Source: Octopus sinensis
Lineage: Eukaryota
Length of the DNA stretch: 64,000 nt
Direction of reading: 5' to 3'
NCBI RefSeq assembly: GCF_006345805.1
Contig: NC_043000.1
Coordinates: forward strand, 91,016,001 to 91,080,000
Position 1 is the stretch's first letter. Each line of letters starts with the position of its first letter. The notes under the pieces were generated by a model, which was not told the DNA's origin, made no database searches, and worked only from the letters and a program-made list of their open reading frames with translations. This document shows, one piece after another, positions 37,057 through 48,330 of this stretch. A program made the translations under genes and the position numbers.

Positions 37057-37853
37057 CGACGACTGACCAATAAATACCCGGACGAAGCAACAGCTTCCAG
37101 AGTAAAGCCGCTTGGCACAGATTGATCTTGAACGCTGCTGTATATGCGCACTAGCGTTCTAGCTCACTTCCGCTGTTTACAGCAGCACTTGGAAGGTAGA
37201 TGTGTAGCGTGCGATCGTTGCATTGTTCATGACAAAGAAAGTTGTCATGGCGATACCTGCACAGAGGCCTACGAAAAGTTGCAAAAATTGTATGGACAAT
37301 AGCGTACGGGCCGCACACAAGTGTACGAGTGTTTCAGACGTTTCCAAGATGGCCTAAATAACGTCGATATTGACGAACGTTCTGGGAGACACACAACCAG
37401 CAGAACTGGGGAAAAATCGCAGATGCGTGTTCAGCTGTGAGGAGAAATCAGCGAATCACCATCCGTGAGTTATCAGATGATGTGCAGTTTAGTTACGGTT
37501 CAGTTCAGTCCATTATCACTGTTGATTTGGGTAGGAGACGCGTGTCTGCCAAGTTTGTGTCAAAATTGCTTTCAGCTGACCAGAAAGCCATTCGGGTTTC
37601 AGTTGCATAAAATCTACTTGATTGTGTCGAGAACAATGAAAACTTTTTGGAAACTTTACGTAGGTCTCTGAGCAAGTATCACCAATATTTTGGCATAATT
37701 TGATGCTGATACTCTGTTTTCACTGTCATGGTCAATGCGACGATCACACGCTATACACCTTCCTTCCAAGCACTGCTGTAAACAGTGTGCAAAGTGAATT
37801 TGTGCCTAGCGGCTTTATTCTGCGTACTTTCGCTGCTTATTGATCAGACTACA
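37057..37853 (+). mobile_element. Non-autonomous mariner derivative (transposase N-terminal half, long inverted ends, TA flanks)
   Basis: GDTCTEAYEKLQKLYG..TQVYECFRRF..DERSGR..RITIRELS..RRVSAKFVSKLLS; terminal inverted repeats; TA at 37055 and 37854; no DDD catalytic domain. Confidence 0.88.
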
Positions 37854-38015
37854 TATCTCTCTCTATATATAAGTATTACGGAGATACACTTGCATAGCAA
37901 GTGACTTGATATGAGATCGTGTGCTGAAACCAAAACAATTGCAGCGTGGAAGGTGTTTATAAGCCATTTAATAACACACAAAAACCGTTAGATTCAGTTC
38001 AACATTTAAATTGAA

Positions 38016-38066
38016 TTTGCCAAAATATTTTCGTCGCTTTGACAATGCGACCTGTTCATTGACAAA
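38016..38066 (-). ncRNA. Atypical-core type I hammerhead-like motif
   Basis: UUUGUCA-AUGAACAG-GUCGC..GCGAC-GAAA-AUAU-UU/UGGCAAA. 7 bp stem I, 5 bp stem II, palindromic helix III; core is not CUGANGA. Confidence 0.5.
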
Positions 38067-39570
38067 ATTCCGCGCTGCATCTGAGATAGTAACAGTTCAT
38101 TCATGATATATACGTACGTACGTATGTATGTATACACATATATATGTATGTACGTATGTATGTAGGTGTACATGTAAGTATGTGCATATGCATATGTGTA
38201 CATATGTATCCATGTGTGCATGCCTATACGCATGTATGTATTTACGTACATATATACCTATGTATGTATGTGAGTATTTAGGTATGCAAATGTGTCGACG
38301 TGTCTGTGTGTGTACATGTGTATGTACATGTGAACGTATGTTTATGTTTTGATATGTGTGTCCAAGTTGTGTACATAACTTACTATGACAAAGGTTGTAT
38401 ACACACACATATATATATATGTGTGTGTGTGCGTATGATATATATATATATATATATATATTCCACTACGAAGATGTGTACTCCTCTTATAGGGATGAAA
38501 TCATACCACCTACACTTGTTTAATACCATATATCTATGATAAATATCACATCGATATAATTGGGTATATTAAAAGTGTAGTATACTATAAACAATTAGAA
38601 AATGGAGAGTATATAGTTATGAATTATTTTATTTACATACATTTCATTACAAATACCTACAATTGTTTCGATTTTACTTAATACTAATTACAAATTTATA
38701 AATGAAATAAAATAAAATATAATTTAGAATGTTATATGAGTAAAATCATATCGGAGCTAATTGGATTACATGTTGTTAGGTTGAGATTTTGAAACACACT
38801 GAATAAACGAAGATATGTTTATATGTGTGTGTGTGTGTGGGTGTTAAATATACCTCAAAAGAGAATAACAAAATAACAAAATAAAATGGAATAAAATACG
38901 AATAAAAATAATTATAAATACAGCAAAATATGAATAAATATAAATAAAACAATATAGCCGTTATAAATGTGTATGTCTATAGATTTTACTAATTTATCTG
39001 TGTGTGTTTATGCGTGTTTGAAAGAATAAAGAGTTTGTTTATTTATTTATACTTGTGCGCATTAGTATTTTAAAATAAACTAATTCGTTTATTTCTTTTT
39101 GCTTGCACGCGTTAGCATTTTGAAAAACAATAAAAATGAATGCAAAAATACGTCATATGCGCGTATTATTTCCGTTTATAATTATTTATGCGTGTGGATG
39201 TTAACTTATTTTAAAACAAAGGGATCATTAAAGTTACATTAATATCTGTTATGTTTACCAGTAAGATTGTAAATTGATATGTATTATTAATTATTACAAA
39301 TATTAATCAATTATCAAATTAATGGATATGAAATAATAAATATCATTATTAATTAAAACTTACAACTTAGTTTTGATAGTTATTTTTAAATATTTTATCA
39401 ATTTAATTCGTATTAATCCTGGGTTTAGATTATATATAATCTCGACGAAAATAAATATCACGAACTACTTGGAAGTGAAATTATGAAGAACTATAAGGTT
39501 GTACATGCCCTTTTCAGCATTGAAAATGTCCTGTTAGGTTCACCTCTTTTGCGTATGGAAACGTACACTA

Positions 39571-39621
<51 letters not shown>

Positions 39622-39654
39622 TTATAGTCTATTTCCTCCTGTTTATACATATCA

Positions 39655-40272
39655 CTATAAATATTGGTTGCAAATTTTGGCACAAAGCTAGCAATTATGG
39701 CGGAGGGGGGTAAGCCGATCACATCGACCACAGTGTACAACTAGTACTTATCTTATCGATCTCGAAATGGATGAAAGGCAAAGTCGACCTCGGTGGTATT
39801 TCAACTCAGAACCCGAAGACGGAAGAAATACAACTAAGCATTTCGCCAGACGTGCTAACGTTTCTTATTTCTTCATTGCCCACAAGGGGCTAAACATAGA
39901 GGGGACAAACAAGGACAGACAAAGGGATTAAGTCGATTACATCGACCCCAGTGCGTAACTGGTACTTAATTTATCGACCCGAAAGGATGAAAGGCAAAGT
40001 TGACTTCGGCGGAATTTGAACTCAGAACGTAACGGCAGACGAAATACCCATTTCTGTTTCTTTACGCGAGGGGACAAATAAGGACAGACAAACGGATTAA
40101 GTCGATTACATCGACCCCAGTGCGTTACTGGTACTTATTTTATCGATCTCGAAAAGGATGAAAAGCAAAGTCGCCCTCGGTGGTATTTGAACTCAGAACC
40201 TGAATGACGGACGAAATGCTGCTAAACCTTTTCGCTCGGCGTGCTAACGTTTCTGCCATCTCGTCGTCCTTA
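39655..40272 (-). mobile_element. Three nested or tandem SINE family A units
   Basis: Three repeats of GGATGAAA(G/A)GCAAAGT...ACTCAGAAC; junctions at 39861/39862 and 40048/40049. Confidence 0.92.
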
Positions 40273-40989
40273 CCACTGCAATACCATTAATTTATTTTTT
40301 CTATTGACAACCAATACTTGAAAATTTACTAAAATTCTTCATTTCTTATACATTTTACTCACTCTAGTTTTCCTATATACACTTGAACTTGTAATTTAAA
40401 TTAGATACTTTTACACCTATGGAGGGAATGTCTAGTTCATCCGAAACGATACTGAATTTCAAATATGGGTAGACTAAAGGTAGAAAATACATTTCTGCCA
40501 GATCTCTGACCTACCTTTCGCTGATAATGGTTTCTAGTTTTCACTAATAATTATATTAATGATAAAGCAAGTTAAATTCGCAGCATAGACGTAAAAGAAG
40601 AATTCAGAAGCAAGCAAACTGGATTTGCATGATAAATTACAAAAAAATATGTTGTTGTTAATGACGACGATGATGATGATGCTACTGCTGCTGCTGCCGA
40701 TTATGATGATGATGACAACGACGATGACGACGATGGTGGTGATGATGGTGGTGATGATGGTGGTGATGATGGTGATAATTATGATGATGGAAAACAAGGC
40801 AATATAGAAAAATAAACGCGAAACGAAACAAGACAAATACGAAGCAAAAATTAAAAGACACACACATATACACACTTGTATGTGTACGTGTTTTTATGTG
40901 TGTGTGTGTTTGTATGTATGTTTGCATGGGTGCGGATGAGTTTAAGAATGTATAAACGAAAAAAATGACTAAAACCAAAAAACGGCAGA

Positions 40990-41895
40990 TTGAAGAATAT
41001 TCCGAATGCCATAAGGAAAGAAGAATAAAAGCAAAAGAACGAGGAAGAAAAACAATACAAAGAAGAGGTGGAGGAGGAAAGGGAGGAAACAGGGGAGAAG
41101 AAAGAAGCTGGAAGAAGAGAAAGAAGTAGGAGGAAGAGGACGAGAAGAAGGGGAGAAAGGAAAAGAAGAAAAAGGAAAGAACAGGAAGAAGGAGGAGGAT
41201 GATAAGAAGAGGAAGAGGGAGGAGGAGAAGTGAAACAAGAATCAAAGCGAAGAAGGGAGGAAATCGAGGTATAGAAGGTTAGAGAGGAAAGCAGAGAAGA
41301 AGAAAAAGAAGGAAAAGAAGAAAGAAAAGGAGAAGGGAAGGAAGAATGGTAAGGAGAAGGATAAGAAAACGAAGGAAAGGATGACGAAATCAAGTAGAAA
41401 AGGAAGAAGAAATAGTGAAGAAGAAGGGAAAGAAGAGGAAGAAGAGATGTAGTGATGAGGAAGTAGAAAGGGAATCAGAAGAAGTAAAAAAGGAAGAAGA
41501 GGAAGAAAAAGAAGTAGTGAAGAAAAAGAAGAAAAGAAAAGGAGGATGAAAAAGAAAAGGAAGAAAGAAGAAAAGAAGAAGAGGAAAGAAAAAGAGTAAG
41601 AGGAGGAAGATGGCCGAAAAGAAGAAGAGGGGAAAATGGAGGAGAATATAAAGAAGAAAGAGAAGGAGAGAAGGAAGAGTGGAGGAAATTAATGTGTAGA
41701 GGGTGAGGGAAGAAAGTAGAAAAAGAAAAGGAAGAAAGAAGAAAAGAAGAAGAGGAAGGAGGAGAAGAAGAAGAAGAAAAGAAGAAGAGGAAGAAAAAGA
41801 GTAAGAGGAGGAAGATGGCCGAAAAGAAGAAGAAGAAGAAGAAGAAGAGGAAGGAGGAGAAGAAGAAGAAGAGGAAGGAGAAGAAGAAAAACACT
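40990..41895 (+). repeat. ~900 bp polypurine low-complexity tract (GAA/GGA/AAAG)
   Basis: Nearly all A/G on +; internal repeat AGAGTAAGAGGAGGAAGATGGCCGAAAAGAAG occurs twice. Confidence 0.95.
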
Positions 41896-42366
41896 AGGCT
41901 TCATTCAAGATATGTTGCTACGCCAGCTTCTTTCTACCCGACCCTGCATAACCAACAGCTACCTGTTATTGTCTTCTGCTGTGCATAAGAAAAAAGAAAT
42001 ACCAGGTTCTTCACTTCTATATTTCTATATTTCTTGTTAAGTGCCTTTGGTTTATGGCTCTGTGGGTAATAACCATATAAATTCTATAGAACAATCCCGG
42101 CGAAAGCAAAACATATAAAGAAAAAATTCCTCACGCACGTGTATGTCTACATATACACACGTATATAACACTTATATACTATATGTAAATATACATAGGG
42201 ACATACGTATGCATGTATATATGTATGTATGCATATATACATAAATATGTATATATGTATATATATCTGTGTATGTATATATATTTTTTGAAAGTATATA
42301 TCTATACATATATATATATATATATACATACATGCATACCTACCTGCATACATACATACGTATATA

Positions 42367-42440
<74 letters not shown>

Positions 42441-43042
42441 CTTATAGGTTTTAGATGTTAAAGAAGAAACAATTTATGAATAAATATTGCAATAAAATTT
42501 AAATATAAAAAAATAAAAGAAAGGCTTCAAACGAAATGAAAAAAAAAAAATTCAGAGAAAAATCTGACATGGTAAAGAAAATCTCCGCAAACGCAATATT
42601 TATGGAAACGGTGAAGCTATGGTGGGGTTAGAGACGAGGATTAGTGTTAGAATGTTGGTAGGGGACAGGAAGAAAACTTGAGAGAGTGGGGATAATGTAG
42701 AAGAAGATGAGAATATGTTGAAGAATAAGATGTTGAATATGAATAGGGTGGGGCTGTTCATGAAGGAGATGGAAGAAGATGGTGCTTGTCGAGGAGTGGA
42801 AAGGGAAAGGAAACGAGGGTGAAGATGAAACTGAAGGAGAAGACGAACGAGAAAATGGAAGATGATGAAGATTATGAAGATGATGAAGTAGAAAACGATG
42901 ATGAAGGAAATAAAAAGAGAGGCAGAGAAGATGAAAAGCAATATAAAGAAAATATAAGACAGAAAAAAATAAAATAAAATAACTTTGACATGCAAAAGAG
43001 AAGGAGAAATATATCCATATGCATTCTTACACATACTCAAAT

Positions 43043-43115
<73 letters not shown>

Positions 43116-43136
43116 GCATATATGTATGTATATGTA

Positions 43137-43168
<32 letters not shown>

Positions 43169-43173
43169 GATTC

Positions 43174-43205
<32 letters not shown>

Positions 43206-43575
43206 CGCAAATATATGAATATATATATATGTATATATGTAAATGTGCGTGTATATGTATGTGCGTGTATGTGTATGTGTGTATATATGTATATATGTGT
43301 GTGCGTGTGTATATAGTCCATATTTCTTCTCCCTAACAGTTTCCTTATTCCTTAAAAAATAAGAAAGACAAATATAGACAAAACAATATAATGTATGAGT
43401 GTGTGTATGTGGGTGTGTATGTATATATTCATGCATGCATATATGTATGCATGTATGTAAACACAACTACAAAAAAATAAAATGCCACGTGAAATACTTC
43501 ATATAAAGAAATAAGACGAAGAACTGATGCTAATTTTAGTGAAATATTTTTTGGGGGTATCCTGTCTTGTATGTA

Positions 43576-43577
<2 letters not shown>

Positions 43578-43662
<85 letters not shown>
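43578..43662. repeat. (TAT)n microsatellite
   Basis: Perfect tandem trinucleotide. Confidence 0.95.
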
Positions 43663-43663
<1 letters not shown>

Positions 43664-43903
43664 TGCCATGTGTTTCTTTATTCTTTATGTGGAGAAGAAT
43701 GGTTGAAGAGATATCTGTGTTTTATGTTTTCGTTTCAGGGAAACACCCATGCATAGCTTTGGATTTTTTCCCCAAACTTTTTGAGGACTGCAGTGTATTA
43801 CCTGTATTCATTCACTTTTTTATGGTGTATAATGTGTGTGTGAATATACATATACATCCATATGTATTTATATATATACATATATACATAGGTATATATA
43901 TAT

Positions 43904-43953
<50 letters not shown>

Positions 43954-44008
43954 TATATATATGTATGTATGCATCTATATATATAGATATATATATATGT
44001 ATGTATGC

Positions 44009-44055
<47 letters not shown>

Positions 44056-44621
44056 TGTGAGTGTGTGTGTATTTATATGTATGTATATAAATGCATAGTT
44101 TACCTTGAAACAAGTTGATTTTCAGAAAACTGTAAATTTATGAACCTTCAGGAAGTTTCAGAAAGCCTAACTTTCATAGTTTTGTACAAGTGTGTATTGT
44201 GTGCATATGTGCATACATACATGCAAACATACATACATGCAAACATACATACATATATGCGAAAGTGTCTCTCTGTAGATGTGTGCTTGTGTATGTATCC
44301 GTTAGTATGTAAGTATGTGTTTGCTTTTATGTGTCTCTTTCTATGTTCTTCCTCAGTCAAACTTATATTTGTTCGCAGAAACCACTGAACAAAGGACGAA
44401 ATTAAATATTTCACATAAGTTACTTTCCATCTCTGCTTTTTACTGTGAGTCCAAGCCCCTATTTCTTTTTCCACTACACCGAAGTCACTCTAGTCAGGGT
44501 AAGTAATGTATTGAAGTCGATTAATTTAGCTAAGAATTAAAAAAAGTTTCTGTGTTTTGTGTGCAAATTTTCAGTGTACGTGAACACTATATACCATGGA
44601 GTCATTACCATCATTTCCATT

Positions 44622-44835
44622 TAAGGAGGCGATTTTGCAGAATCATTACCGCGTCAGCATTTTTTGCCTACTGTTAGAACTCTTTACGTTCTAAGTTCAA
44701 ATACAACCTAGGTCGACTTTGTCTTTCATCTTTTCGGAGTTATCAAAATAAGTAGCAGTTATGCTCTGGATCCGATGTAATCGACTAACCTCCCCCCCCC
44801 TAAAATTGCCTGAGTGTTCCCAAAATGCAAAGATA
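44622..44835 (+). mobile_element. SINE family A, degenerate
   Basis: GGAGGCGATTTTGCAGAATC...GTTCAAATAC..GGTCGACTTTGTCTTTCATC. Confidence 0.78.
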
Positions 44836-46309
44836 TGATTATTATTAAGATAAATAGTGCATCACTGAACAAAGATAAAAGGAACAAAAACAAACAAAAA
44901 ACAAAATATAAACCGAGAACATATATATTTTCTAATATTTAATTAAATGCCCAACTCTCAGAGACGATTTATTATTATATTTATTTTTTATAGCTTATAA
45001 GAAATATTAGTAGCGTTGGGATTTTGTGTCATAATTTGAGAACAGTAGAGGCATCAAAAGTTTTCGAGAATGATAGAGGAATGAATATAACTCGGTACAG
45101 AACTAACACCTCAAGAGCTTCGCCCCACAGCTTCGGATTTTTTCCCATACTGCTTAAACATGCACTTATATTTATCTATAAAAGAGTGATTCTATGTATG
45201 TATGTATGAATGTGTGCCAATGTATTCCAAGTTACCGATTTTGATGTATAGGGGATCAAAAGATTCAGTACTATTTCTACTACCAACTGAATTTTAGTTT
45301 CCTTCACATACTTGCATTACAAAAATTTAACTTTATCATCTTTTCCATAAGTCAACTATTGTAAACATTTTATACGACGACGACGACGATGACCTCACAT
45401 TTTCTATATGATTATGTACATTAAAAGACATTCATCATCACGACACACACCTTCACTCTGAATGAATTATTTTATGTTTTTGCTATGCGCTAAATTACAG
45501 CTCAAATCTTATGGAAATTAATTATTCCTATTCTGTCGTTCCTGTTTGTGATGAGCGTATTTCAAAACCTGATATTCCATTTAAACTTACAAGGAAGTTA
45601 TCTCAGATATCATGTTCTTTACCTGTCGTTTCTAGCATGTCCGAGATGACATTTGCATACCCCACCTATTTATTTCCTTAATTTACTCACATTCCTATGT
45701 TTTCTATACAGGAGATTTGCATTTCGTCCGAAAGCGGGTAGCTGGTGGGTGGCTGAGGTGGGGGAAGGAGCATTCAGAATTTCTTTCAGAAAAATTGAAC
45801 TTTCCAAAACAAATTATATTTCCCACATTCACTGTACTTTTTCGCGTGGATAAAAAGCAAAATTTGAAAAACAGTTAAAAATTAGGAAATTTCGGTGGGG
45901 AGGGGAGAAATATTAATTTTGAAAACGTAATTTCTATGCAAAATCATATTAACCCCTTTCTATTCGATGAAACAGTACATAGTTCGTGATCCTTCTTAAG
46001 AACATAAATCAATTTCATGCAAATTGTATCTCCCCACCCGCTTCACTTCTGGACATACAATAACTTCCATTACACCAGTTATCCACTCCGCTAAACATCA
46101 GCTAACAGAATGCATTACGCTTATCAACACAGAACATAGCCAAATCATTCAGAGTTTACCGCTTCTTCTCATAATAACGATATACAAATTGACATGAATT
46201 TTTCCACATCTCTTCATTCGTCACTAAAAAATGAAATTATACAATGCACAACTTCAAATTGCTATGTCTTCCATCTTATATGTTCCTTAATTGATCGCTC
46301 TTTTTAGCC

Positions 46310-47681
46310 ATGCCACCAAAACGAAGACATTCTAATTTATCCACAAACAAGGGCTACAAAGAAAACTGTCTCTATTCGTGCTCAAGAAATCTCACTTCGG
46401 CGATGCCTCAAATGTACAATATTTAAAAACGATCACCAACGGCGGAAGTTCTGCTCTAAACTACACTTATTGTCTGGGATGAATGCTCGATGGCATACCG
46501 TAGTGCACTAGAAGCCCTAGTTAGGTCACTAAGGAATATTAGAAACAGTACTGTCGTTATGAGGGGGCATAACTGTTGTCCTAGCAGGGGATTTCCGTCA
46601 AATATTACCAGTCATACAACGGAGCACGCGAGCTGACGAGATCTATGTGTTTTCACCTGTGTGAAGGTTTGTTCGTCAGCTTTCATTAAGCAAGAATATG
46701 TGAGCTCATCTCTACAACGACCCCTTATCTGAGGAATTCTCTCAAGCACTTCTACAAATCAGAAATGGCGCCTTACCGTTGAATAACACCCTGCAACAGC
46801 ATGTACTACTATGTGGGTACATGTTGTCTACATTGGCTGAGCTTAAAGGGAAGGTATTTCCCACATTGCATGACAACTTCAAAAACATAGCATGGTTCGC
46901 AGAGAGAGCTATTTTAACACCTTGGAATGAAAGCGTTGATAAAGTAAGCCATGAACTCCTCCACATTCTACCTGGAGATGCTTTAACGTTTGTCTCCATT
47001 AATACTAGCATCGATGAACATGCCGCTCTTCAGTATCCAGTTGAATTTCTCAACTCATCAGTCGTTCCTAGAGAAAGATGCACCTATCATGCTCTTGAGG
47101 AATTTGGACCCACCACGACTATGCAATAGTACAAGATAGATTATAACTACAATGACAAGTCATGTCCTAGAAGCAACCATTTTTGCTGGCTGCCATTGAG
47201 GAGAGATCGCATACATTCCACGTACGCCCCTTATTCCCTTAAATGAGCCACTTCAATTCAAATGCCTCCAGTTACCAGTGCGGTTGTGCTTTGCTAAGAC
47301 AATCAACGAGGCCAAGGGTCAAAATTTAAAAATTGTTGGTCTCAATTTACAACTACCTTGCTTTTTTCATGGACAACTATATGTCGCATGCTCTCGAGAT
47401 ATCTTTTCATGTACCCTACTTTCGGATACCTCTACGTCCTCATACGTCATCTAGTTCTTTACATCCGTAAGTCTAGTTAGTTTTGAGGGCAATGTTAGGA
47501 TTTCATTCTAATCTAAGCTGCCATTCCACATGATTTGGGGGTCAACAATTTCAGCATTTTTATAAACAAGAGTTGTTTGCTTCACACTCCTCGTGTGTCG
47601 ATTCTGCCCATAAGAAAGAAACAAATAATACAATGTGGTTTTAGGTCATAACGCCAGGGTAATGCCGTGATATATTGCTTG
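46310..47681 (+). mobile_element. Helitron remnant (PIF1-like helicase C-terminal half plus 3' terminus)
   Basis: IVWDECSM, LAGDFRQILPV, ERAILTP.N, YPVEFLNS, PIMLLRNLDPPRLCN, VRLCFAKTINEAKGQ, HGQLYVACSR; the 3' end GCCAGGGTAATGCCGTGATATATTGCTTG aligns with the terminus of the Helitron at 53983. Confidence 0.92.
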
Positions 47682-47989
47682 TATATTTCTATATAAATAG
47701 TATTATAAAAATCATACACACAAAACAGATTACGTAATACCCGACTGCTGTTAATAATTGTCACTAATATATGCACAAGGACAGATAATTTTAGAGTAAG
47801 GGTGATGCACTTAATCTCAGCATTTGATTAGTACTTTATTTTACCTTTCTGCAAAGATGACTGGTGAAGTTGTCCTCTGCAGAATTTGTACTCAGTATGT
47901 AATAAACCAGAATAAATACCACAATTTTTTTCTTACGCTGAAACAACTCTACCAGCTCGTCACCATATTACCAATGCATAGAATATGAG

Positions 47990-48330
47990 GGATGACATAA
48001 AACTAGCATCACTTCTCGAACGATAGAAAGCTTTAACTCTCTTACAACATTTTCCTAATGCATGACGCCAGATCTTTGTCATCGCTAAAGTCAAGGTTGC
48101 GATTTATTGTAGGAGAAATGGTAATACCTGAGTCACAAGCAGTGGTCACATCTTCTTAATATCCAGAGACTTTTTCAGATACCGTTGCTTCAGCATGTCG
48201 TTGAGCATTGACAGCCATAGGATTCCCAGACCTCCACCCAAATGGTGGCTTGTTGCTTAGTCAAAGAAGCTATTGCCCCACTGGGGCAGTGTTTGTTCAT
48301 AATTGCCTAATAGATTCTATGTATTATTAT
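47990..48330 (-). mobile_element. Old Tx1/L1-like LINE fragment (post-RT region)
   Basis: The minus frame QWGN...HHLGGGLGILWL....L..RYL...LD...LV.Q.LP aligns with LWKG...HPLKGGLGMPWL....LRLRHL...LD of the 29.6 kb LINE. Confidence 0.55.

Noticed and set aside
39655-40272. Regularly repeated units resembling a CRISPR or minisatellite array
   Set aside because: The units are nested SINE copies; there are no constant short repeats with unique spacers and no cas genes.
44379-44498. Candidate 120 nt plus-strand exon (CGCAG acceptor, GTAAGT donor, open in phase 1)
   Set aside because: The peptide is unrecognised and such signals arise by chance in 64 kb.
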